Shown here in pieces: positions 52,871 through 64,000 of a stretch of 64,000 bases of DNA; position 1 is the stretch's first letter, and the number at the start of each line of letters is the position of its first letter. This DNA comes from Octopus bimaculoides. Its lineage: Eukaryota. The position numbers were made by a program, and so were the translations under genes. Location: assembly GCF_001194135.2 (NCBI RefSeq), contig NC_068986.1:83359117-83423116 (forward strand), read 5' to 3'. A model generated the notes under the pieces. The model had not been told where the DNA came from. It did no database searches and saw only the letters and a program-made list of their open reading frames with translations.

Positions 52871-52963
52871 CCATTAATTAATCAATGCTTAATTTATCCT
52901 TTATTGGTCTTAAGTCTTAAACAAAAATCCATTAATTAATTAATGCTTAATTTATCCTTTATT
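52871..52963. repeat. 35-bp near-tandem duplication in the CIAPIN1 branch-point region
   Basis: 52871-52905 and 52929-52963 are 34/35 identical, separated by 23 nt. Confidence 0.9.
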
Positions 52964-52981
52964 ATTCTTTCTTTCACCAGC

Positions 52982-53141
52982 ATGGCAGAAATAATTGCTG
53001 AAGTGTTCCCAGTAGAATCTGGACAGCAAATTCTTGTTTTAACCAAGGGAGACAATACCTATTTTACTGGCTTGCCGGACCTTCTAAAAGCAACAACAGG
53101 TGTTGCTGGTAAAGTGCTAACACGGGATTTGGATAAATTAA
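52982..53141 (+). CDS. CIAPIN1: Anamorsin (CIAPIN1/Dre2) first coding exon
   Basis: tttcaccag|cATG; MAEIIAEVFPVESGQQILVL...LKATTGVAGKVLTRDLDKL; A|gtaagt, phase 1; joins in frame to the downstream anamorsin exons. Confidence 0.85.
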
Positions 53142-53535
53142 GTAAGTTAACATTCTTCTCTTCATTAAAATTTAATTTTATGTTACTCCTATTATGACAC
53201 AATTATGGTGGTTGTTGTTTAGCACTCAGTAGCTGAGCCTTGATTTAGCAGTCTTATAGTCATAGGTATTCTAAAACCATAGATTATATTTTTTTAATTC
53301 ACAGCACACCTAGATATTCTTTGCAGTACACTTGCCAGAACCATTGCTCTGTGTGGTTGCTTGACCTAGCAGCCAAATTTTCCTCAAATCACATCTTGAA
53401 CAATGGAGTTGCTGATAAATATAAAGCTGTTGTGGTCATGACTGGAATGCCTATTTTGATAAGTTTGTTCTGTCAGGTTCCAGATTCTGTGCAATTTGGT
53501 GCATGAAACTGTTGTTGTTTATCCCCAGGTCAGCC

Positions 53536-53579
<44 letters not shown>

Positions 53580-53709
53580 TAGTAGGGTGTGATTTGATGT
53601 GGATTTGGTTAGTATTTCTAGGAAATTGAGTAATCATGTAGAGGCTCTTGTAGTTCTCACATATGCCTTTATTCTTTCACTCTGCTACAATTTTGTGCCA
53701 TTGGTTACT

Positions 53710-54046
53710 CTTCCTAATGCCAACCACACCAAGAGTATAATGAGTGCTTTTACATGCCACTGGCATGGATGCCAGTTGCATGACACCAGTATCTGCCACG
53801 ACTGATTTTACTTGACTTGACGAATCTTCTCAAGCACAGCATATCGCCAAACGTCTCGGTCACTAGGCATTGCTTCCATTAGGCCCAACGTTTTAAGATC
53901 ATGCTTCACCACCTTGTCCCATGTCATCCATATATAAACCTTGCCAGATCAGATTGGATCCTGGTACAGCCTCTTAGCTTGCCAGTCCTCAGTCAAACCA
54001 TTCAACCTATGCCAGCATGGAAAGCGGACGTTAAACGATGATGATG
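53710..54046. mobile_element. RTE LINE 3' end with an inverted 5' segment
   Basis: 53710-53925 is the ORF end plus 3' UTR on the minus strand; 53925-54046 is the terminal tail on the plus strand. Confidence 0.75.
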
Positions 54047-54642
54047 TAAAGGGGAATAACTCGATTGAACAGCTTTACCATAAAGAATTCCTGTTGCACT
54101 GTTTTTATTCGACCAGTGCTGGTCTGTGTGTGTGTGTGCGCACAACTCAGAATGCAGAAGGCCAGAATAAAATAACTACCAGTTAAATAAAGAATCTGTG
54201 CTTGATGAAAATTTTCCTATTCACATTTTGGACTTTTTTAGATAAGAATGTGAAGTTAACTTAGCTACTTTATTGCATTAAAAACAGTTAAATATAGCAC
54301 TCTTAAACCTGATATAGGTTGGTTCTAATGATTCTACAAGTCCGTTGTCAAATTGACTACATCCCTCCAAATGATCAAATGTGATGCTTATTCATTCACA
54401 TTGTTTTGGATTAATCATGGATTATCTTGTAGCTTTGACATTTTAACAATGTGATTGTATATTTTGAGACATTGTAGGGTAGGTGTAAGAAGTCTAATAT
54501 AGCTGGTTTGGACATAAAACAAAGTAGAATATTTGGGTTGCGTATGGCTTGTTTAAATGATAAAGAGTAATGAAAAGCTTGTGCAAATGTAAAAAAATTC
54601 TTCTTGTTATTACCATTGTAATCATTCTTATTTTGTTGCTAG

Positions 54643-54857
54643 GTGAATACGTTGGAACAAAATTTGACTCTGCTGTGTTTGGTATGATTTTATCAAAAGA
54701 CTTTAAATTTGAACTAGAACAATTGGCCAGCGTGTGCCAGGTGCTAAAACCGACATCTCAGCTTCATATATTCAAAATCTCATCACCAGAATCCACACAG
54801 ACCAAGGATCAACTTATATCTTCTTTAAAATTATCAGGATTTGTGAAGGTCACTGAG
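54643..54857 (+). CDS. CIAPIN1: CIAPIN1 coding exon 2 (methyltransferase-like domain)
   Basis: ttgctag|...GAG|gtaagt; KFDSAVFG...LASVCQVLKPTSQLHI...LISSLKLSGFVKVTE matches anamorsin (RILRPGG...SALTLSGLVEV); phase 1 to 0. Confidence 0.92.
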
Positions 54858-57390
54858 GTAAGTTTCTTCATTCTTTTCTGTCTTTTCTATCTTTGTGACA
54901 AGAGCAATGTTACAGCATGGCCTTAACTTTAATGCTTATAAAAAAGTAAACATACTTGTAACGTGAGGGTTATGAGGTAGATCTTGATCCACTTTACAAT
55001 TATGGAACCTCTTGGAGTCAAATAACATGTTTACTTGGTGGTACAAACTTGCTTTTAGTTTTTCATGGCTTGGTGTTTGGGTTTGCAGCAAGGTTGTTCT
55101 ATCTATGATCTTCATAGAACCTTCAAGACCCATTACATTAATACAGCAATTGTTCTTTTTAAAGAACACAAATTGATAGCTCCATGAAAAATATGAATGG
55201 AGAGGAAGGAATTCCAAGTGGCTAATGTTCTGGAAAGAAAGGACTGAGTAAAATGTCAGTAAAGGGTGGGTCTATGGATAGGGATTGAAGGTATATGAAG
55301 TATGAGTGACGGGAAGAGGAGAGATGATTGACTCTTATGGGACTGAGTAGAGACGACATGCTACCAACCAGTTCTGAGGACCAAAGGCTATTGTAGTTTA
55401 ACCAAAGGTCAGTGTGTGTTGCTGGATAACTTCATGTCAATAAGTGAGTTGGATGTTGCTTTTGTTATTGTAATGTGGTCTTGGATATCTGTATGTTTAG
55501 TAACAGCACTCTCAGATGTTGAAGCCAAAACTGGGTTGTATCCAAGATAGCTCAAGATAATTAGGATTCTAAATCAAGGTACTACCTTCTCCTAGCATAT
55601 AGGAGTTGAACTCAGTATCAAAAGCTAACAAAAACATTTATTGATTACACAGTACTCCTCTTACTGAGGTTAACTAATTTTACTCATCCATAGTACTTAT
55701 TTACACTTGCTACTGAGGAATATCTCATACACCTAAAAAGACAAGATGGTCACAGGTGGCATGTCTTTGATGTTTCTGGATTGATCAGAACTTGAAACAA
55801 CATCTTATCTTAGTCTATTTAGTTGTTGTTTAGCTTCCTGTTTGCCTTTGATCCTGGAGGTCTATGATCAAAGGCTTTTCATCCATGACCAATTTGTTTT
55901 GCATGAGGTATATCATATTATCTAATATATGTTCCTTCCCATTTTTATGATGGTGGAGTGTAATTTAATATAGATTTACTGGTATTTCTTGCTGATTTAC
56001 TGACCACATAGAGGCTCTCTTGTTGGCTTGTATTGTTAGCAATATGGAAATATTCACTGCTGCAAGTATTGAGCCATATCTCCACAAGCTTTTGTTGGCC
56101 TGCTGTATTCAGCTCCAGTACTTTTATGGTTATGGTGAAGGCAATGGGAAAATTAATTTGCATCCATTTTAGAGTTGTTACATGAAGACAGAATGGCATA
56201 ATGTGTTTTATTTCCTTTTCTAAATGTTATGCTGAAGACTTCTAATAGAGTTATTTTTAAAAACATTTATTGTGTCTGTATAATCAGCTTCTATGTGCTG
56301 CTAGTAGCATATAACTCGAGATAACATGTCTCATTGTCATGTGACGAGTAACTAAATTGGCTTTCTCATCTTGTTTGTTGAGTGAGGTGTGTGTGTGTGC
56401 ATGTGGCGTTGTCCTGTGATGATTGTAATAACAATCTATTACTCTGGCGTAAGTATAAACATATAAACAGATGATGCTGGTACAAGACCTAACAAGGGAA
56501 CTTATAAGTTGTTGCTTGACCTACAAGAAATACCAGAAAAATTCCAAGAAATCATACCTTATCTTAAAAAAAAAAAAAAAATACACATTGGATAATATTG
56601 TCCTAGATACACTATGTCAACAGGAAATAAAGGTGAGGTCAAAACTGGAATACCTTTGATCATAAGGTATGCTTCATCATGAATGACCTGGAATTGAACA
56701 ACAACTATTGCTGCAAACAGTAGGAGTATTGTACAACTGGCGAATGTTTTATTAGATTGTAAGACTGCTTTGAAATACTCTGAGGCTTTAGATTAGAGGG
56801 GGATGGTCTCTAAAGTGGTTGACTTGTACTGATGGCTCATTGAGACATCATAGCAAGTTAACTCCTCTCACTGAATGATGTGTGAGTTTAGGCTGGTGTG
56901 TGTTTAAGTCTCAGCTGGTGCAACGAAAGATTCTGTAACTGTAACAAGGTTCGTAACTCAGTCAAACAGTTAGAAAGGGAAATAATTCGTTTATTTATTT
57001 TTTGTTTGGCTTTACAAACTTACATTTTACATATTTGGCACAGTGCATTTTTATGTCCTTTTTACTATGCTTGCATCATTTTCAGCACAGCATCTCACCA
57101 TATGTTGGCAGTCCTATGTAATTTTCTTTGTGAGGTGCAGCATCTTGAAATCAACGTTTATGATTTCTGTTTCCGTTGGTCTTCCAATTTTGACTTATGG
57201 ATGTTAAAGGTGCCAAGTATACTTATTAATAAATATTATTGTTGTTTAGCTGTAGGTCAAAGCTATCATCAAAGAGATTCAGCTATATTGTTAAAGGAAT
57301 ATTTTTTTATTTAGATATTGCACGTTTGGCTATTCACTGAAAGGTTGGTGGTTCAAGCCCACCCAGGGACACAACTTGTAATTTATATAG

Positions 57391-57573
57391 CATAGACTTG
57401 GGTGTGTGGTTTAGATGTTTGCTTCTCAAATACATTGTTTTGGCTTCAGTCCTTGTGTTTGGCACCTTGGGCAAGTGTCTTCTGCTATAACCCCTGTGAG
57501 TAAATTTGGTAGATGGAAACTGAAAGAAACCCATTGTGTGTGTATATAATACAAAAATGTACATGCATGCATG

Positions 57574-57622
<49 letters not shown>

Positions 57623-57700
57623 TTCCTTGTCGTGGCATTTGCATGACATTTGTAAATGAGTGTTACTATCATGCAAACAGTGTCATTCATTTCCAATATT
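57391..57700 (+). mobile_element. SINE family A, 5' part with (GT)n
   Basis: ggtgtgtggttt...ttgggcaagtgtcttctgctata...ggtagatggaaactgaaagaa. Confidence 0.75.
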
Positions 57701-58818
57701 CTGCCAATACATGTAACAGGAAGGGCATCCTGTTGTAGAAAATCTGTCCCCCAAAAATTCTATCTGGCCAAGTCAAGCTTCGAAATGTAAACATTAAATG
57801 ATGATAGTCTCTCTCTAGGACTACATAATCTGGTGGCCACATACTAACCCTTACAGAAATATAAGGAAGATGAGGCATCAGAAAATGGTTGTACTTTACT
57901 GTGTTTAACCTTGCTATTCTGAGTTCAAATCTTGCTATATTTAACTCTCATCTTTCTGGGTCTAGGAAAATCTGTAAACTGAAGAGCACTTAGTCAGCTA
58001 CAATATTCCATTACAAATACTGTTCTTTTTATAACTTTATCATATGCTGTTGTAACTTTTCAGTTGAATGTTTTGTTTCATTATATCTACCTTGACTATC
58101 TCAAATAGATTAAATTTTTTAAAATCCATATTTTTTCAAGTATTCATATATAAAAGAAAAACATCTAAAGAAGTATGTATTTGGTTTGACTTCATTTTTC
58201 TCATCAATACACTCCATTCTTGAAATCACAGAGCAGACAGATAAAACAGAATTAACTTTGTGCTTACATTGTAAGATAAATGTGAGTGAATATGTGATGC
58301 TTTGCAGTGTCAATGGACACTATTTTATTTGCTTAACTTCATCTGGCTGTTAAGAAAGCATATCACATTCTCTGGAAATGTTACTCATGATAAACTGGTG
58401 ACATCTTCAATTGTAAATTTGTGTGTCATCTATTTCTCACTATATAAGCAAGGAAATAGGTGAATGTTGGATAATTAGTGAGTTTACTTTAGAAAGCTAG
58501 ATTGACTTAACTTTAATTCTATGTTGCTGGTAATTATAGCTAGTTGACACTATAATATACTGATGTGTATGTTCAAGGGCTTATGTCACAACACCAGTGT
58601 TGCATTATGTCCTGAACAGTGACATTCAATTAATCAAAGCTCATTCCAACTTGTTCTTTAATAAGCGTTGTAGTACTGGTAATGGTAGGCAGCTTCAGCA
58701 AGCAGTAGCTAAATTTTTTTTAGTGTTTGAAATTTCTAATTCCATTATAAAACAATACATAACACCATTGAGGTGGGGTTCTTACACTAAGCAATTTTGA
58801 GAAAAAGAAAGATATTTT

Positions 58819-59012
58819 TTAACCCTTCAGCATTTAAACCAGCCACATCCAGCCAAAAATATTCTATCTCACCTACCCTGTACTGTCATCTTAAAAATAA
58901 ACAATTACATCATCAAAACCATAAAGCTATGAGATAATGTATGATTAATACAAAACAATATGAATAAATAATCATTACATTTAATAGAGTAATCTGAATG
59001 TTAAAAAGTTAA
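58819..59012. mobile_element. TTAA-flanked MITE
   Basis: ttaa-cccttcagcatttaaacc...atctgaatgttaaaaag-ttaa; reverse orientation of 8405-8633. Confidence 0.7.
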
Positions 59013-59322
59013 TTGATTTGTTCCTTGAGAAAAGTGATAATCCCTGGAATACCACAGTAATGGTAGTGGGTAAAAAAAGAATGAGTGTTTTTGAAAAACG
59101 TCTTTGCTAATATAGGTTGGTGTGGTTTACAAATTCATATATTTACATATCAAATACTATGCTAATGACTGACTGGTGCACAATGCTGCAGAACATGATG
59201 TAAGAGGCCTTCAATTTGTCATGTTATTAAACATTTGCTACTGGTTATCAAGTACTTATTCAGTTTTCCTCATTCAGTTTTGTAGTTTTATATATCAGCT
59301 TAAAACTGTATATCTTTTGCAG

Positions 59323-59515
59323 CTCCCAGAAGTCAAACTTTCTGTATATCTTTTGCAGCTCCCAGAGGTCAAACTCTCTGATTCTAATGTAGATTCCATC
59401 AAGGCGTTTTGTGATTTGCCAGCTGAAAGCTCTATAGTCCATCTGTCTGCAGCAAAACCTAGCTATGCTATTGGTTCCACAACCAAGCTTAATTTGAGTC
59501 AAAAACTCAAGACAA
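59323..59515 (+). CDS. CIAPIN1: CIAPIN1 coding exon 3 (alternative in-frame start at 59359)
   Basis: ttttgcag|...A|gtaagg; ...IVHLSAAKPSYAIGSTTKLNL matches anamorsin (QITGKKPNFEVGSSRQLKL); phase 0 to 1. Confidence 0.92.
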
Positions 59516-59779
59516 GTAAGGGTTTTCTTTCTTTGTTTGTTTTGATATCTGTTTGGAGACTGAAGTGGTTGTTTCACAAGGCTGTCTTTTTTGCTTTGCA
59601 AAGGATACAGGTACCTGTCAGATGTGTTTTAGAATTTCCTCATCTAGTATAGTCATTGGAAATTGTGCTACCTAGGTATCTGAACAGAGAAAGTATAGAT
59701 TGTTGTTTATTGTTTTGCTAAGTAAGTAGGGATAAGGAAGAGTGCAGTATGCTATTGATAGTTAATGTTCCTTTTCTGG

Positions 59780-60740
59780 ACATTAACTGTTTCACCGACT
59801 CATTTATAAGTTGTAATGGTACCTGAGATGATGGACCATAGGAATCCTGGAGTGTGAGCCACCAGAGCTCAGTTATCAACATAGTAGTTCGATAATCTGT
59901 TTCGATTTGAGCTTAGTGGAGGACTGAAGACTTCTAGAATTGAAAATATTTCTGTCAGGCTAGAAGTCTTTGTCCTTCTTCCCGTTCCATCCTTCTCCAT
60001 TTATGATATAGTCATACAGCTGAAGATATTAAATAACACAACAGTCAATACATAACCCTGTCTGACACACATCACCTTGTTGGGTGATGTGATGTATATA
60101 GTGCAGTAGTACTATATTAGTTGAAGAGTTAGGTATGTTGGTCTTTTCCACTTGTTTGCAATTCTTTTGCTTACAACTCACTGCTGTTGCTTAGCAAATA
60201 TAATGAACTTGGAAGTAACTTAGTAAGTCTTCCCTGACATTGTGCTGTCTCACTCCAAAACTCTGGCCATGCTTCTTCATAACTACTTATGGTTATTGAG
60301 TGCTTTGCAGTTCCAGAGTAGTAGTGGTTCTTAGAGAAACTATACTCACTTTGGTGGATATATCTTTGTATTTATGAACCATTACTATAGTACCTAGTTA
60401 GTGAGTTCAGGAAGAGAAAGGATAACACTGTACACTGAGAGAAGTAGCTGTGGTAGTCAGTTGGGAGTACGTACTAGTCATTTTAGGTCTCACTTGCCAC
60501 TGAATCTATCAAACATCAGGTTATGCATTAAGATACCAAAACAGGTCAAAGTCATCCTAATGGATGATTTTAATGCATGAGCAAGTGGAGAATAAGTGTA
60601 CCTGAAATGAAGTGATTGAAAACTATAGTATTGAAAAAACGAACAGCATAGCATTAGACTTCTTTGTATGTAGAGCACAGCCTCGTGATTATCAACATCT
60701 TCCAGTAGAAGAACTAACACAAAACTTCACATATATATCC
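59780..60740 (-). mobile_element. Highly degenerate RTE-like LINE, endonuclease region
   Basis: Fragments resemble the APE domain (LTCFG..N; FGVRQ.N..G); many stops. Confidence 0.5.
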
Positions 60741-61329
60741 CAGGCCCAAACACTAATAATCTCATTGGCTACAACATAGGTGACCTCAAAGATGTTCTCC
60801 TCACCTATGCAACAAAGGAAGCTGAATGTTGGACAGACTTGCATGATATTAATGAGTTACTAAATGGCTACTATGTTTTCTCTTGATGTGATAGAAATGG
60901 TTACCAAATCTCCCTCAAATCACATGCTACTGTCTTGTATAATATCAAAACACAGACAATATAATCCTACATACCTTTGAAAGAACTGGATGGTTATGAT
61001 CCTGATCTAACAGACCTACGATCAAAAGTTTGATGCTTTTGATCGTAGGTCTGTTAGATGAAGATTGACTTGGAGCTAAGCAACAACAACAACAACAATA
61101 AGCAGACGTCATATTGTGTGTCCCAAGCATTAAGAGGTTCAATTGTAGCAAGCTCAGTAGTTCAGTATAGGACTTTCATTACTCTCTAACTGTCAAAGCA
61201 AAAGCTTCAGTGGCACTTAATCACCATAGTGGCTAGCATAGATAACAAATGGTCTCCTTAAATTCCACACTCTTTGAATTAAATCTTTGGAATCAAGGGG
61301 GAAAAAATATTAAAACCAGTTTGGTATAA

Positions 61330-62250
61330 ACTTTTCAATTAGCAAGCTCCTCAATGACACGCGCATGGTCAAGTGAGCAACTCTGGTAGTCTCTTGTCCA
61401 CACTCTTAAAAAGTATCGATGTATACATTGGAGTGATGCTGAATCTGTTGTTAAAAGTGGATTATAAAAGCTCAAGAAATCCATATGCATACAGAGGAGC
61501 ATGATATCACACACAATTTCTGAGCTGCAATAAAGATCTTCTATGGCTCCAGTCAAGTCATCAGACAACACACTTCCTGAAAGACCAGTCAACAATACTG
61601 GCATGCTACGAATAATTCTTAAAGTAGTGGATCCAACAATCATGGATGAATCTTGTGCAATGTCTATGAGCCACCACTTAAATGACCCTCAATTTTTGCT
61701 AGAGTTAGTGCTGCCATAAAATAACAATAAGAAATTCTTGAACCAGACAACATTCTAGCAGAGATCTGGTAGGTGAGTGGTTATGCGTGCACAAGTGCCG
61801 TTCATAGCTACGTCATAGAGCCAGGAGATAAGAAAGATTATCCCTTAACATTGGAATGATGCTAACATTGCCATTGAGTACAAAAGTAAGGGAGGTAAAT
61901 CTGTTCGTTCAGGCTGTAGGAGTAGAGTACTCCTGTCTATTGCTGTGAAGCCTTGGTCGTGATCATGTTTAAAAGATGGCTCCAGTCTATACAAGAAAAT
62001 GTCACAGTGTAGGTTCCTTAGTTACTGAGGTACAATCGACAAGTTCTTTGTTTTATGGCAGTTCACGAAAACTACAAGAAACCTGTTTGCGGCATTTGTG
62101 GATCTGTCAAAGATCTTTGACACGAAGTAGGAAACTAAGCAGAATGCTCTTAAAAATTGGTTGCCCACCCACATTTGTGAATCTCTTCTGCCAGTTTCAC
62201 ACAGGGATGATGGATCAAGTTGTTATAGGTGGAAGATATCTGAATCAAAC
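61330..62250 (+). mobile_element. Degenerate RTE/BovB-like LINE, RT N-terminal half
   Basis: AF/VDL.K-like and RMLLKIGCPPTFVNLFCQFHTGM motifs; frameshifts. Confidence 0.7.
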
Positions 62251-62332
62251 TTCTTAAATAATATATGTAACTCTTATCAAATGTGTTGAGTGCTACTTTC
62301 TTTTGTTTGTCCACTCACTCGTGTGTGTAACT

Positions 62333-62377
<45 letters not shown>

Positions 62378-62777
62378 NNNNNNNNNNNNNNNNNNNNNNN
62401 NNNNNNNNNNNNNNNNNNNNNNNNNNNNNNNNNNNNNNNNNNNNNNNNNNNNNNNNNNNNNNNNNNNNNNNNNNNNNNNNNNNNNNNNNNNNNNNNNNNN
62501 NNNNNNNNNNNNNNNNNNNNNNNNNNNNNNNNNNNNNNNNNNNNNNNNNNNNNNNNNNNNNNNNNNNNNNNNNNNNNNNNNNNNNNNNNNNNNNNNNNNN
62601 NNNNNNNNNNNNNNNNNNNNNNNNNNNNNNNNNNNNNNNNNNNNNNNNNNNNNNNNNNNNNNNNNNNNNNNNNNNNNNNNNNNNNNNNNNNNNNNNNNNN
62701 NNNNNNNNNNNNNNNNNNNNNNNNNNNNNNNNNNNNNNNNNNNNNNNNNNNNNNNNNNNNNNNNNNNNNNNNNNNNN
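62378..62777. other. Assembly gap inside an (AT)n microsatellite
   Basis: 400 Ns with (AT)n on both sides. Confidence 1.
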
Positions 62778-62823
<46 letters not shown>

Positions 62824-63031
62824 TACACACACACGCACATCACAGTTGCTCATATATCTCACTTGACATATTGTTGCCAGTGCTTTGCTTTCACATGCTA
62901 CTACATTACTTTTGTGTGCCATTACATCACTATCATATGTTACTGAGCCACTGTCTTGTGTCTTAACTCATCACTATCTCTCTGTCATTATACTACATGT
63001 TGCTGATTGCTCTCTTGATTCTTAATTTTAG

Positions 63032-63163
63032 CTGAACCTGCGGCTGATACTGCTAAAATCTGGTCCCTCTCTGCTAATGACTTGGATGATGACGACCTCT
63101 TGGACTCTGATACCCTCCTGAATGAAGATGATCTGATAAAACCTAATCCAAGTTCCTTGAAAG
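63032..63163 (+). CDS. CIAPIN1: CIAPIN1 coding exon 4 (acidic linker); the gene continues beyond the window
   Basis: ttttag|...G|gtgagt; [38 protein letters not shown] matches the anamorsin hallmark KLWTLSANDMEDD..DLIDSDELLDPEDLKKP; phase 1 to 1. Confidence 0.96.
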
Positions 63164-63816
63164 GTGAGTGACTGTTTCCTTAGTAACTGTAATTATATCT
63201 TTTACTTGTAGCATAACCTCTTTTAGTGCTTCACACACATATACACACACCAGGAATACAACAAGTGTTTTGCAATCATTTTCTCTGCTAAAGCAGGGAT
63301 TAACTTTGTGGGAACGCCATAAATCTTTTTCATTTTGTCCTTTTCCCTACATCACCCTTTGCCAATTTGTTGCTCTCATTTCCTCTTCTGTCACCTGTAG
63401 CCATGCTTTTCTCAGTCTTTCTCTTTCTCTACTTTCTTCTACATTTATCTCCAGTAATTTCATTCATTCACTTTCCTCCTTCTTCAGTAACATGAACCAG
63501 TCATTTTGTCCTCTCTATCACCGATTCAGTTTCCTTTTATTCTCCTTTATTCATTCTTTATCTCAGGCATTCCTGCTAATGCTGAACTAAGCCTGAAAGG
63601 TGGTGTCTTTCAAATTGCTTGGTTAAATATTAGAGGTTAAATATAGCTCCAAATTTTGTGAAATCCTCAGATTTGGCCCAGCCCCCTAATTTGAATGCTC
63701 ATAAAATCAGAACCATACATAGAAGCTGAAATTTTCAAGATTGATTAGGTACAAAGACACCAGTGAAAAATTTCAGACTATTTGAAAGACACCATCTTTC
63801 ATTATTATTGTCATTA

Positions 63817-64000
63817 GGCGGTGAGCTGGCAGAATCGTTAGTGTGCTGGACGAAATGCTTAGCGGTATTTCACCCGTTGCTACATTCTAAGTTCAAATTC
63901 CACCGAGGTCATCCATTCAGGGTCGATAAATTAAGTACCAGTGAAACACTGGGGATGATATAATCAACAAGTCCCCACCCAACAAATTAGACCTTGTGCC
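63817..64000 (+). mobile_element. SINE family B
   Basis: ggcggtgagctggcagaatcgttagt...aagttcaaattcc...taagtaccagtgaaacactgggg. Confidence 0.85.

Noticed and set aside
63168-63590. 140-aa plus-strand ORF after CIAPIN1 exon 4
   Set aside because: It begins inside the intron after the GT donor and is a pyrimidine-rich low-complexity tract.

Overview
AT-rich, repeat-dense animal genomic DNA, very probably an Octopus draft assembly. That assignment is inferred from the SINE and LINE families, the microsatellites and four N-gaps. I reconstructed three protein-coding genes by hand from splice sites and reading-frame phase; the ORF track mostly misses them. (1) The first coding exon of a kappa-class glutathione S-transferase (GSTK1, minus strand, 185-262; the rest lies left of the window). 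(2) A complete 13-exon TPX2 (minus, 35141 to 12872; 2364 nt, 787 aa; all introns GT-AG and phase-consistent). (3) The first four coding exons of anamorsin/CIAPIN1/Dre2 (plus, 52982-63163; the Fe-S cysteine exons lie beyond the window). The rest is introns and intergenic DNA packed with mobile elements: RTE-type LINEs and their free 3' tails, a PHD-finger CRE-like retrotransposon split by an LTR element, three mariner relics, a Helitron derivative, a TIR element carrying a SAP-domain gene remnant, TTAA MITEs and tRNA-derived SINEs. The most unusual observations are a tRNA-like core enclosed by inverted and then direct repeats in a TPX2 intron, two tandem micro-duplications at CIAPIN1 3' splice regions (one making in-frame alternative acceptors), the nested LTR/CRE structure, and orphan CpG-retaining promoter-like patches. 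I did not find a clearly new multi-gene system.
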